Source: a virus (taxonomy: Duplodnaviria > Heunggongvirae > Uroviricota > Caudoviricetes). Taken from it: 28,709 bases of DNA. The stretch lies in IMG/VR virus record IMGVR_UViG_3300038412_000041; one strand, written 5' to 3'. A program made the position numbers and the translations under genes. The notes beneath the pieces were generated by a model. That model saw only the letters and a list, made by a program, of their open reading frames with translations. It was not told the DNA's origin and did no database searches. Shown here in pieces: positions 16,901 to 23,644 of the stretch (within the stretch, counting starts at the first letter, position 1; each line of letters begins with the position of its first letter).

Positions 16901-17627
16901 CGCTGGTCAATACTCTAGTATTGTTAGGCAAGAAACCGATAGACTTTGAGTTATGCAATTCTTCCAGAGTTTGCAGTCCGTCTTCTGTAGGAACTAACGT
17001 GCTACCAATTAAACATTTGCCACCACCTGTATTAGCACCGATTAGCACTAAAGAACCATTCAGAAATCCACCATTACGGTCATCGTATGGAGCAAAACCA
17101 GTAGGTACAAATGCTGGTCTGTCTTTACCTAACAACTGCTTGTGTAGCTTTAAACTGCTGTTGCCTTTACCAAAGTGGAATATCTCTTGCTTGACTGTTC
17201 TCTTCTGTCTGGCTTCTGACAATAACTTTGAGGCTCCGTCAAGAATTGCTTCAACGTCAGCCGAATCTTGCGAGAGCCCTTCATCAATAAGTTGCATTGC
17301 TTTTAAGGCACCTCGTGCTTTTCTGTACTTGTCCAGCACGTCAATCATGTGCGCTACTTTCTTCTTGTCATTGGCTGGAGAGCCTTCAAATCTTTTAAGA
17401 ATCGTCCTAATGTTTTCAGGAATACTTGGAAGATTGCAGAGTGTTTCCCACTCAGGCAAATCTCCAGTATCCCTAGCTAGCTTCCTAATGTGCTTATACG
17501 CTTCTCTAGCTGGAGGATAATGAAAACTACTAAGGTCGGTACTTCCCAACAAAGCACCACCTAAATCTTTATTTTCACAGATGGTCTTGATGGTTCGCAT
17601 TTCTACACTTATTGATAGCAATTTCAT
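13914..17627 (-). CDS. dnaB: DnaB-like replicative helicase precursor containing two inteins (spliced product about 449 aa)
   Basis: VPTGF..YD...GG, Walker A GANTGGGK|T, VSLEMS, ILIDYV, LVQVN, KYSQTMLEH|SN and the LKARN arginine finger. The extein length of 1237-352-436=449 aa fits DnaB. Confidence 0.93.
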   Translation of the reverse strand: MKLLSISVEMRTIKTICENKDLGGALLGSTDLSSFHYPPAREAYKHIRKLARDTGDLPEWETLCNLPSIPENIRTILKRFEGSPANDKKKVAHMIDVLDKYRKARGALKAMQLIDEGLSQDSADVEAILDGASKLLSEARQKRTVKQEIFHFGKGNSSLKLHKQLLGKDRPAFVPTGFAPYDDRNGGFLNGSLVLIGANTGGGKCLIGSTLVPTEDGLQTLEELHNSKSIGFLPNNTRVLTSDNQYHSVDATYKSIGETWYVITDKGARTEGLKEHKMLTYIDGDMQWVQLCELKPNMWVACNFGTMCESLTSQVSEADAFLTGMLLSDGKRPTFNLRSTSDAAKTEESIKDILSQVGASDYYKHVYKANPTDNVYRINLENTKLVSSVLDVSVRNRIVPRQVRTTIKTQYAFVLGVFQSALLCREGYLLTHASTTFLLGVKALMDNLGIYNKILRRASKKIYGGGTYDLIWYSYRPEDYDMIPVSGILAPKESNTSVALSRKDVLSLNREEFKEILNYQWTRVLDVGETFKKRHVYDLSVPYNRSYIANGLVTHNTSMAVNLLKNMVDLANDCALVSLEMSAEQATARLEALLADISVSRISQHNITDQERKILDEKYKEWVLGLKKNRTRYSIYTPYNDVNIEDVLHTLQPYGYDVILIDYVSLLKDSGSGTTEAQWQKLGDICRYAKRYAEAHDIVVVILVQVNKDGAVKYSQTMLEHCVTGDTLVDTDKGLIRIDSLFPNSIVMSSRNLIGINVKTEDKYASASHVHYNGIRKVYQLVLSNGMTIKATGKHRFRKIDSKGNVDWFELSSLRVNDYIAVDNQPGKFGNASIIDVASPKIHSNNQFSFNGKLKIDEDLGYILGCLSSDGYLGKYGVEFVASDYDIFKKFKNCWISKFGEASYREKKQHTKKKVAIWRLYSANKELNRFLLSIEGMRGKALQKYVPDIVLNASKQVVCSYLAGLFDGDGTTTHNRVSVSSISKVQRIRIQLLLQRLGIKSRICKNQVQVTGAHASKFIDLISITNLKKFNVAVDNDSTDYLPSIVNDSLSSMLNSTTYRFSNIREKLRTLLECSFLKLNRKFYLDYIPRFNYSDLKTLMSVFKGSEFYNLFESLYINKHCRFITIVDIQELGEEKVYDLTVPGTNSYVANGVVTHNSNHAWLWVAPKDESDIMTLEIEQLKARNLTLFRFQLLSNNDTGLIYASDDVPEGEEEEDDESEKPSGGYLKDLSEDNEDE
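14157..15464 (-). mobile_element. intein 2 in DnaB (436 aa) with LAGLIDADG homing endonuclease
   Basis: Starts CVTGDTLV; block B IKATGKHRF; endonuclease motifs ILGCLSSDG and YLAGLFDGDG; ends VYDLTVPGTNSYVANGVVTHN with +1 Ser. Confidence 0.93.
15960..17015 (-). mobile_element. intein 1 in the DnaB Walker A motif (352 aa) with degenerate LAGLIDADG domain
   Basis: Starts CLIGSTLV after GGGK; EGLKEHKM; FLTGMLLSDG; second motif FVLGVFQSA lacks the acidic residue; ends VYDLSVPYNRSYIANGLVTHN with +1 Thr. Confidence 0.93.
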
Positions 17628-17641
17628 ATAGCACCTAATTT

Positions 17642-18247
17642 TTATATTTGTATTGTTCTTGCAGTAGCCAAGTAGAAGGCAGAGCTAACAGAGACAAACA
17701 GTTTTGTGTTAACAAACGTTAATGGGTCTTCACTTGTTGTCACTAGAATCCTTGGTATGTCCGTATGTAGCTCTAATAAGTCTCTTGCCTTTTCCAGTTT
17801 TTGTTGCGTAGAGTTTTGAGCTAAGTTGCCTAATATAAGCATTGATGGTTTTTCGTTATGTTGACTATCACGCATCTTGTCGTAATAACCACCTGTCAAT
17901 GTATGCCATAAAGGTAATGTCTTATTTCTTGTCAATTTTATCTTGTCGTATAGATGAGCTCCTGTAGCTTTCTCCATAAGAAACGCGGCCAGTGCTTTAG
18001 CCTTGTTATCGTTTGGAAAGGATGAGATAACGATTATACCTGGATGAGAAAAAGGTTTGGCAACAAGTTTTTCCAGAATTTGAAGTTGCAGCTTCTTAGG
18101 GACGCGACGATTTTTGATACCTTCAACTTTAGAGTCAATGGTAATTAGATGCTGCTCGCTTTCAAAAGGTCTAGTCCGAATAATATCTTTCGGCATACCT
18201 CTAGCAGCCAAATAGGAAAAGTTTTCATCCTTGATTTTTATAATCAT
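17642..18247 (-). CDS. putative inactive DnaC/IstB-like AAA+ protein (helicase-loader-like)
   Basis: The elements RGMPK, GIIVISSFPNDNKAKALAAFL, MLILGNL and PRILVTTS parallel the order of DnaC/IstB GIP, Walker A, LLILDDL and PTIITTN. The gene is immediately upstream of dnaB. Confidence 0.45.
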   Translation of the reverse strand: MIIKIKDENFSYLAARGMPKDIIRTRPFESEQHLITIDSKVEGIKNRRVPKKLQLQILEKLVAKPFSHPGIIVISSFPNDNKAKALAAFLMEKATGAHLYDKIKLTRNKTLPLWHTLTGGYYDKMRDSQHNEKPSMLILGNLAQNSTQQKLEKARDLLELHTDIPRILVTTSEDPLTFVNTKLFVSVSSAFYLATARTIQI

Positions 18248-18250
18248 GTG

Positions 18251-18655
18251 TTACTTTTTACCAGTAGATTGCAGTTTATTTATTTGTTCTAGGTACTCAG
18301 TGTTAGCTGCCAAAAACACTCTGGTACCTCGTTCCGAAGTGTAACGTTCTCTACTACCATTTACAACAATATTGATCCGTACCAAATCACCGTTGATAAG
18401 GTTTTCAACTGCGGTTTCTTCCCAAACAGCAGAATCATTTAACACCTCCAACATGCAATGGTTAAGACAAAAGTCTTGTCTAGGTACGGTTACAAACTTA
18501 CCTTGATCCCCATCAAAGTATGCCAAGTTCATACGAAAAGTATTGACCTTCTCACTAGAAGAATCCATAGTGGTAAAGTCAATGAGGTCAGATAGTCTTT
18601 TTAAGACTCTTGCATTTACCCTATCAATAAATTCTTGTAATACTTTCATTTTCAA
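18251..18655 (-). CDS. hypothetical protein
   Basis: 134-aa co-oriented ORF overlapping the upstream stop. Confidence 0.7.
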   Translation of the reverse strand: MKMKVLQEFIDRVNARVLKRLSDLIDFTTMDSSSEKVNTFRMNLAYFDGDQGKFVTVPRQDFCLNHCMLEVLNDSAVWEETAVENLINGDLVRINIVVNGSRERYTSERGTRVFLAANTEYLEQINKLQSTGKK

Positions 18656-18975
18656 ACTCTATCAATAACGGAAACAGAGTCAACATATTCACCTACAAAC
18701 GTGGCTTGGAATATACCTTCATGAAGATCATCGTATAACTTTTCTTCTTCAGGATATGGAGCTAGTACGAAGGAAGGACCATACTTTTTGTATCTGCCTT
18801 CAGCTATAGACCTGCCAATCTTTCGGTTAAACTGATCTGTAGGAGCACATCTAGCAAATCTTACTTCCAAGCTTGTAGGTTTATCACCACCTTCTTCAAA
18901 TTTTGGGACACAATAGCAAGTAGCTTTACCGTTAGCAAAGTCTACGTATCTGAAAAATGGTTCATTCTTTTTCAT
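18652..18975 (-). CDS. conserved-looking phage hypothetical protein
   Basis: Strong AAGGAG RBS. ARCAPTDQFNRKIGRSIAEGR resembles the C.P.D.F...G..IA motif seen in many small phage proteins of unknown function. Confidence 0.72.
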   Translation of the reverse strand: MKKNEPFFRYVDFANGKATCYCVPKFEEGGDKPTSLEVRFARCAPTDQFNRKIGRSIAEGRYKKYGPSFVLAPYPEEEKLYDDLHEGIFQATFVGEYVDSVSVIDRV

Positions 18976-18990
18976 GTTGTTCTCCTTAGT

Positions 18991-20487
18991 TTAAACGATG
19001 CCAAAGTTCGCATCTACTTTCTTTCTACCACTGTTAGCCAACGCCAAAAATTTTGCTTTAGTAGGACCATCCATCACAAACTTGTCCTTCATAAATGTCT
19101 GAAATAAGCATGTTCTCATACAGCCTATGCTTGGACCAAACTCTTCAACAAAGAAGCGGATAATCGGTTGTGGTTTTCCAGGTACAACTGTTCTAATTCT
19201 AGCAGTCTCCTGTGTAAATTTTGGTACATTACTAATAGGTGCTATGCAATATAGAGTATCCCAAATCGGAATGTTGATACCTACTTGTACAAGCTGTCTG
19301 GTTCCTACTACACACTTTATTTTTCCAGACCTTGCTCTATCCAGAATTTTCTTTCTTGTCGTCTTGTTCATACTTTTTGAGGTAAACTCTACTGCCAACT
19401 CTTCACCTAATCGTTTGTTGACGTTTTTGACAAGCATTCTGACATGCGCTACTGTTCCACAAGGTACAACGATATGACGACCTGCTTTTATATCAGATAC
19501 GATCTGTTTGATAATCATAAGGTTTCTGCCCTTATGAGTATACAAAAACTTCATAGCACTCGTCCATTGACGATAGTGGTATGAAGTAGTGGCAGGCGTC
19601 ATGTGGAGTGTTACTCTCGGAATCAAGGTCTCAACAATTGCTTTAGCTTTTACAGGACCAATAAGTTTTGTAGCAACTCCAAATATCCTATCTTTTCTAT
19701 CAGGTGTAGCAGTCAAACCTATTCTGGCATGACTCTTGAATACACCTATGACCTTTGAATATTCTTTTGCTGGAACCCCTTGCACTTCGTCAGTGATTAC
19801 CAATCCAAACTTTGAAGAGATTTGCTTGAGTTTTTTAATACCAGTATCAGATATGAAGGACTGGTAAGTAGCAAGAGCTACATCAAGCTTTATCATTTCT
19901 GCAGGGTTGGTTGCGATTCCAACAATCTTACGACCTTCCCACTTTTCAACGTCAAGCAGGTTGGTGTGATCTCTAAAATCAGTCATGAACTGATCTAACC
20001 AATCCTGTTGTGCTGCCAAGATTAGTGTTTTCAGTCCCATCTTTATCGAAATGCAGATAGCCATAAAAGTCTTGCCAGACCTAGCAGGTGCTTGCAAAAT
20101 ACCGTACTGCGTTTTTAGCATCTGCTTTATAGGTTCGATCTGGTGTTCTCTTAGCTTTGAAGTAATCTTCAGAGGATACTTAACCTTTGGTGAGACACGT
20201 TTATCAATAATCTTTGGCCGTTCTTTTAGTATTCTCTTTACTGCGACTCTATCTCCAAACGGTACACCTACAAAACCATTCTTCTTAGACCACATCTGTA
20301 TCTTGCCTTCATAAGCAGGACATTCGTAACATAACTCACAAGGACGTTCTTGAAAGTAGTCACACTTCTCACAGGTCTTATCGTCAAACTGCTCAATCTC
20401 AAAGTTTGCAATCAACTGTTCTTTATCTACGATTCTTATAGGAATCCATAACTTGTTTGTCAGATACGCTTTTGGTTTTTCCATCAT
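18991..20487 (-). CDS. superfamily 2 DNA helicase (UvsW/ResIII-like) with Cys-rich N-terminus
   Basis: Q motif LREHQ, Walker A APARSGKT, motif II TDEVQ, motif III GLTATPDRKD, motif V VGINIP and motif VI QETARIRT. Confidence 0.88.
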   Translation of the reverse strand: MMEKPKAYLTNKLWIPIRIVDKEQLIANFEIEQFDDKTCEKCDYFQERPCELCYECPAYEGKIQMWSKKNGFVGVPFGDRVAVKRILKERPKIIDKRVSPKVKYPLKITSKLREHQIEPIKQMLKTQYGILQAPARSGKTFMAICISIKMGLKTLILAAQQDWLDQFMTDFRDHTNLLDVEKWEGRKIVGIATNPAEMIKLDVALATYQSFISDTGIKKLKQISSKFGLVITDEVQGVPAKEYSKVIGVFKSHARIGLTATPDRKDRIFGVATKLIGPVKAKAIVETLIPRVTLHMTPATTSYHYRQWTSAMKFLYTHKGRNLMIIKQIVSDIKAGRHIVVPCGTVAHVRMLVKNVNKRLGEELAVEFTSKSMNKTTRKKILDRARSGKIKCVVGTRQLVQVGINIPIWDTLYCIAPISNVPKFTQETARIRTVVPGKPQPIIRFFVEEFGPSIGCMRTCLFQTFMKDKFVMDGPTKAKFLALANSGRKKVDANFGIV

Positions 20488-20705
20488 GTACTTTCTAAAG
20501 GTAGATACGTAGCGGCCTTCAACAGTATAACTTTCTGAAAGTGTACGGTTGCTTCTCCTGTTATCTTGGTTTTTAACTCGATGTAGTTATCTCTGACTCT
20601 GTGAGGTATACGAGCATCTTTTTCATAGACACCAGTTACCGATATAGTCTCAGGTAAACGCTTTTCACTTTTACCATTGATAAACTTTATTGCTTTTGTC
20701 CCCAT
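20484..20705 (-). CDS. hypothetical protein
   Basis: 73 aa with a TAAGGAG RBS and an ATGA overlap with the helicase start. Confidence 0.7.
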   Translation of the reverse strand: MGTKAIKFINGKSEKRLPETISVTGVYEKDARIPHRVRDNYIELKTKITGEATVHFQKVILLKAATYLPLEST

Positions 20706-20719
20706 GTATCTGCTCCTTA

Positions 20720-21244
20720 TTACATGTTTTCTCTACGCATGGCTACAGATAAGGCTTCTACTGTATGTTTTATCATCCAACTAGCTGCCTCTAAATCTGC
20801 TATCACCAAATCCGATATTTCGATTAATGTGCAAACCCTATCATACTTTCTTTGATATGGGTTTATCAGTGCTGATATTAAATTCTTTCTGTCATTTACA
20901 CCATGCACACCGTAAGATTTTAGTGTATCAAAGTACCTAGTCTCAAGATATTTTTGAATAGTTGTCATTCCAACGTGCATGTTATTCCTAACAACTACTG
21001 CGTTTATGGTTATTTCTGTGCACCTTGATCTTACTGATTGATCTTGGGCTGCGGCTTCAGCTATTCTTTTAGCAGTAGGAAAATTTTTGTTGAGAGACCT
21101 AACACTTCTTGATAAGTGGAGTGTCTTTATCTCATCAATCTGCGTCTCAAATTCTGGTTGCCACAAAGCACTCATTTGCCTTCTAAACTTTGCCCAGGAC
21201 TCGTCCTTTTTAAGTAGAAGCTTTAGTCTTTGTATCGGAGTCAC
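20720..21244 (-). CDS. hypothetical helical protein
   Basis: 174 aa with a GTGA overlap with the upstream gene and a mostly helical-looking sequence. Confidence 0.72.
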   Translation of the reverse strand: MTPIQRLKLLLKKDESWAKFRRQMSALWQPEFETQIDEIKTLHLSRSVRSLNKNFPTAKRIAEAAAQDQSVRSRCTEITINAVVVRNNMHVGMTTIQKYLETRYFDTLKSYGVHGVNDRKNLISALINPYQRKYDRVCTLIEISDLVIADLEAASWMIKHTVEALSVAMRRENM

Positions 21245-21432
21245 TCTTGTTTTTCCTTTTCTAGTTTTAACCTATATTGGTTTACCAAATAACCTTCTGG
21301 TGTTCGTGATCTGCGCTCGGCATAGTCCAATTCAACTAAGTGATCCAATGTAAGCTCCATTTCACCTAAAACACTTGCAGACTTGAACTCGTTTGTCAGC
21401 TTCCTTAATGCATTTTCTTGTCTAGGTGTCAT
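21241..21432 (-). CDS. small hypothetical protein (possible winged helix)
   Basis: 63 aa. MTPRQENALR...TLDHLVELDYAERR...QYRL resembles a wHTH recognition helix plus wing. Confidence 0.55.
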   Translation of the reverse strand: MTPRQENALRKLTNEFKSASVLGEMELTLDHLVELDYAERRSRTPEGYLVNQYRLKLEKEKQE

Positions 21433-21445
21433 GACATTTCCACTC

Positions 21446-21889
21446 TTAGTTAGCCCCGCTTATGAAATTTACTATAGGATGTTCAACCTTCCTGACTGCC
21501 AAATAATGAAGACTCTCATTTCCATGGAATACTAGATTCTTTGCTATCAAACGTTTGTGAATCTTTGCTTGCGACTCGATCAAAGATGTTGGACTCAAAC
21601 TCCTGCGGTAAAACATTGCGTGGTACAAATCCACCTTCATATTTAGAGGACTGTGTATTAGATAACCAACTGATATTCCTGCTATGTCTCCTAATCGTAT
21701 ATCGTACACGTCCATATTTGATGCGCTCAAGGTCTTGTTGTGAGACAAGATCAATGAGATATTAATGGTTCTCTTGAAAAAGAAGACTGCAACTGCAATA
21801 GGCTTATACACAATTGGATAGAATATTCCAGGATTATCCCTGTAGTTCTTTAATCTATCCGTTACATCTGCGCCGTGTAGCTTTTTCAT
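21446..21889 (-). CDS. hypothetical protein
   Basis: 147 aa with an ATGA overlap with the clamp gene stop. Confidence 0.62.
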   Translation of the reverse strand: MKKLHGADVTDRLKNYRDNPGIFYPIVYKPIAVAVFFFKRTINISLILSHNKTLSASNMDVYDIRLGDIAGISVGYLIHSPLNMKVDLYHAMFYRRSLSPTSLIESQAKIHKRLIAKNLVFHGNESLHYLAVRKVEHPIVNFISGAN

Positions 21890-22923
21890 TGCTCTTCCTG
21901 TGTAGTTAGAGCAGCAGATATGAGAGCTCCTTTATCTGTGCTGTGAACTAACCAAACAAGTTTTCCGTTGTAACCCAATAAAACTTCCGAGTCTTTTTGG
22001 TACCTATAAAGAATGTCGAGAAACAATGAAGGGTCTACAGAAAAATCTGCTTCTTTCTTGACGGTAGCTGTCACCACTTCCTTAAACTTTGCTTTGCCTG
22101 TAGTGCTAATCAAAATCTTGTTGTTAGATGTTTTGATTTTCGTTGCTGCACCTTGTTCCGCAATTGATGCTGCACGTTCAAGTGCTTCTATCAGATCGGC
22201 AACTATGATATTGCACAGACCTTTACCAAAGCTTTTTGAGAACTCTTCTAGTTGTGGTAGTCCAGGGCCTTCTTCTGGTTGAATGGCTGGTAATACAAGA
22301 TACGTGTCTGAAGTAGCTGCTGACATTGTGCCAGCACCTATAGAAAATTTTAGGCCCTCTTCTTCAGGAGGTACTGCTGCCAACAGATTTGCTATATCTA
22401 CCGATCTTGTTCTTAAGCCTGATGCTTCCTTGCTTTTGACTCCAGACTTCCACATGCAAAAATGGATTCTATCCCATGTAGCGGATAGGAATCCTGTGCT
22501 ATCACAGTTAAAGCTGTAGAGCAGATCACCCATCATCGGAGCCAATGTTGTGGCACTCGAAGAGAAGTGTAATTCTTCCGCACACTTTTTACTAAGACCT
22601 GTTTCAATGTTTTGTAATTCTGGTTCTGTGTAAGGCTCATAAGATAACTCCGCTTTATAAGATGCAGTGCTGATTGTAATTGTTGATTTGTCAACTATAA
22701 GGTTCACTATACCTTTCAAAACTTTTTTCAATTCATCAGGTCGAATAGCTATATGGAAACTATCCTTAGAGTCTGTAGCAAACGACTTTACAAATGTCTT
22801 GCCTTCATTACTGGCAGATAATGTGACTTTCTGTTTGTTTACAGACAGGTTTACTAATTCACTGCCAGTAACCACCACTACATTTTTTAACTCATTAAAA
22901 AGAGTTGTTCCATTAATCTTCAT
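21886..22923 (-). CDS. dnaN: DNA sliding clamp, beta-subunit (DnaN)-like
   Basis: 345 aa, the size of a beta clamp. MKINGTTLFNELKNV, DLIEALERAASIA and FSVDPSLFLDIL resemble DnaN segments. GAGG RBS; two genes from the polymerase. Confidence 0.68.
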   Translation of the reverse strand: MKINGTTLFNELKNVVVVTGSELVNLSVNKQKVTLSASNEGKTFVKSFATDSKDSFHIAIRPDELKKVLKGIVNLIVDKSTITISTASYKAELSYEPYTEPELQNIETGLSKKCAEELHFSSSATTLAPMMGDLLYSFNCDSTGFLSATWDRIHFCMWKSGVKSKEASGLRTRSVDIANLLAAVPPEEEGLKFSIGAGTMSAATSDTYLVLPAIQPEEGPGLPQLEEFSKSFGKGLCNIIVADLIEALERAASIAEQGAATKIKTSNNKILISTTGKAKFKEVVTATVKKEADFSVDPSLFLDILYRYQKDSEVLLGYNGKLVWLVHSTDKGALISAALTTQEEQ

Positions 22924-22942
22924 ACTATTCCTCTTTTATAGT

Positions 22943-22950
22943 TATTTACA
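22943..22950 (-). promoter_or_regulatory. candidate promoter box TGTAAATA upstream of the clamp gene
   Basis: Lies in a 31-nt intergenic gap. An identical octamer is in the gap upstream of polA (28129-28136). Confidence 0.35.
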
Positions 22951-22954
22951 GTAT

Positions 22955-23644
22955 TCAGTTTAACGGCACTGTTTGTTTTTGGATGTATCTAATCATGTAA
23001 GAGAGTACTGATAGGTTATCATGGGCAAAGGTTTTAAACCATGCTTGTCTGAATCTACCTACCAAATACATTGGGTTTAGAACACACAATGAATCTCTTA
23101 CATGGATAGGCATGGCTATAGTCTCATTCTGTTCAACATCACTCATTAAAGAAATGGCTTGCTCCATATGACAATGATCAGTACTCCAAACAAGGGCTAC
23201 AGTTTTTCTATGACGAACCAGCCACATGTTCAATACAACATTGTTTGCGGCCAAGTGCAGCATAGGTCTTCTACTCAATAGCGCGACACTTGATACCCAG
23301 CGACCACTATTGTTAAAGACTTTGCCGTTAATCAGGTCTGCATATTTTATGCCTTCTTCTCTAACACCATTAAGCTTTAAGAGTTTTGCTGCATGTTCTT
23401 TATATGTAGGTCCTCCATTCCATTCAAGATATGTAGAATCTCTTGATGGTACAGGCACCACATGTGTTGGTTTACCCATCATTGCATAACAACTAGCATT
23501 TAAATAGGTAGAGTCATTTTCAAACGAGTGCCTGTTATCTTCAAATGATCCATGCACAAGTAGCTCACTACTCCAATGGAGAAAGGTAGATATCTGCTCA
23601 CTACCATGCAATACCAAAACGCCACACCAGTCTGCGTTTTTCAC
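22955..23644 (-). CDS. hypothetical protein
   Basis: 229 aa with a GTG start overlapping the polA stop (GTGA). No family confidently recognised. Confidence 0.68.
   Translation of the reverse strand: MKNADWCGVLVLHGSEQISTFLHWSSELLVHGSFEDNRHSFENDSTYLNASCYAMMGKPTHVVPVPSRDSTYLEWNGGPTYKEHAAKLLKLNGVREEGIKYADLINGKVFNNSGRWVSSVALLSRRPMLHLAANNVVLNMWLVRHRKTVALVWSTDHCHMEQAISLMSDVEQNETIAMPIHVRDSLCVLNPMYLVGRFRQAWFKTFAHDNLSVLSYMIRYIQKQTVPLN

Noticed and set aside
20720-21244. UvsY-like recombination mediator call
   Set aside because: Based only on helical character and proximity to an SF2 helicase; no motif evidence.
22955-23644. Class II glutamine amidotransferase (Ntn) similarity suggested by CGVL and LNG
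   Set aside because: The Cys is not at the mature N-terminus and other motifs are missing; HHpred would be needed.
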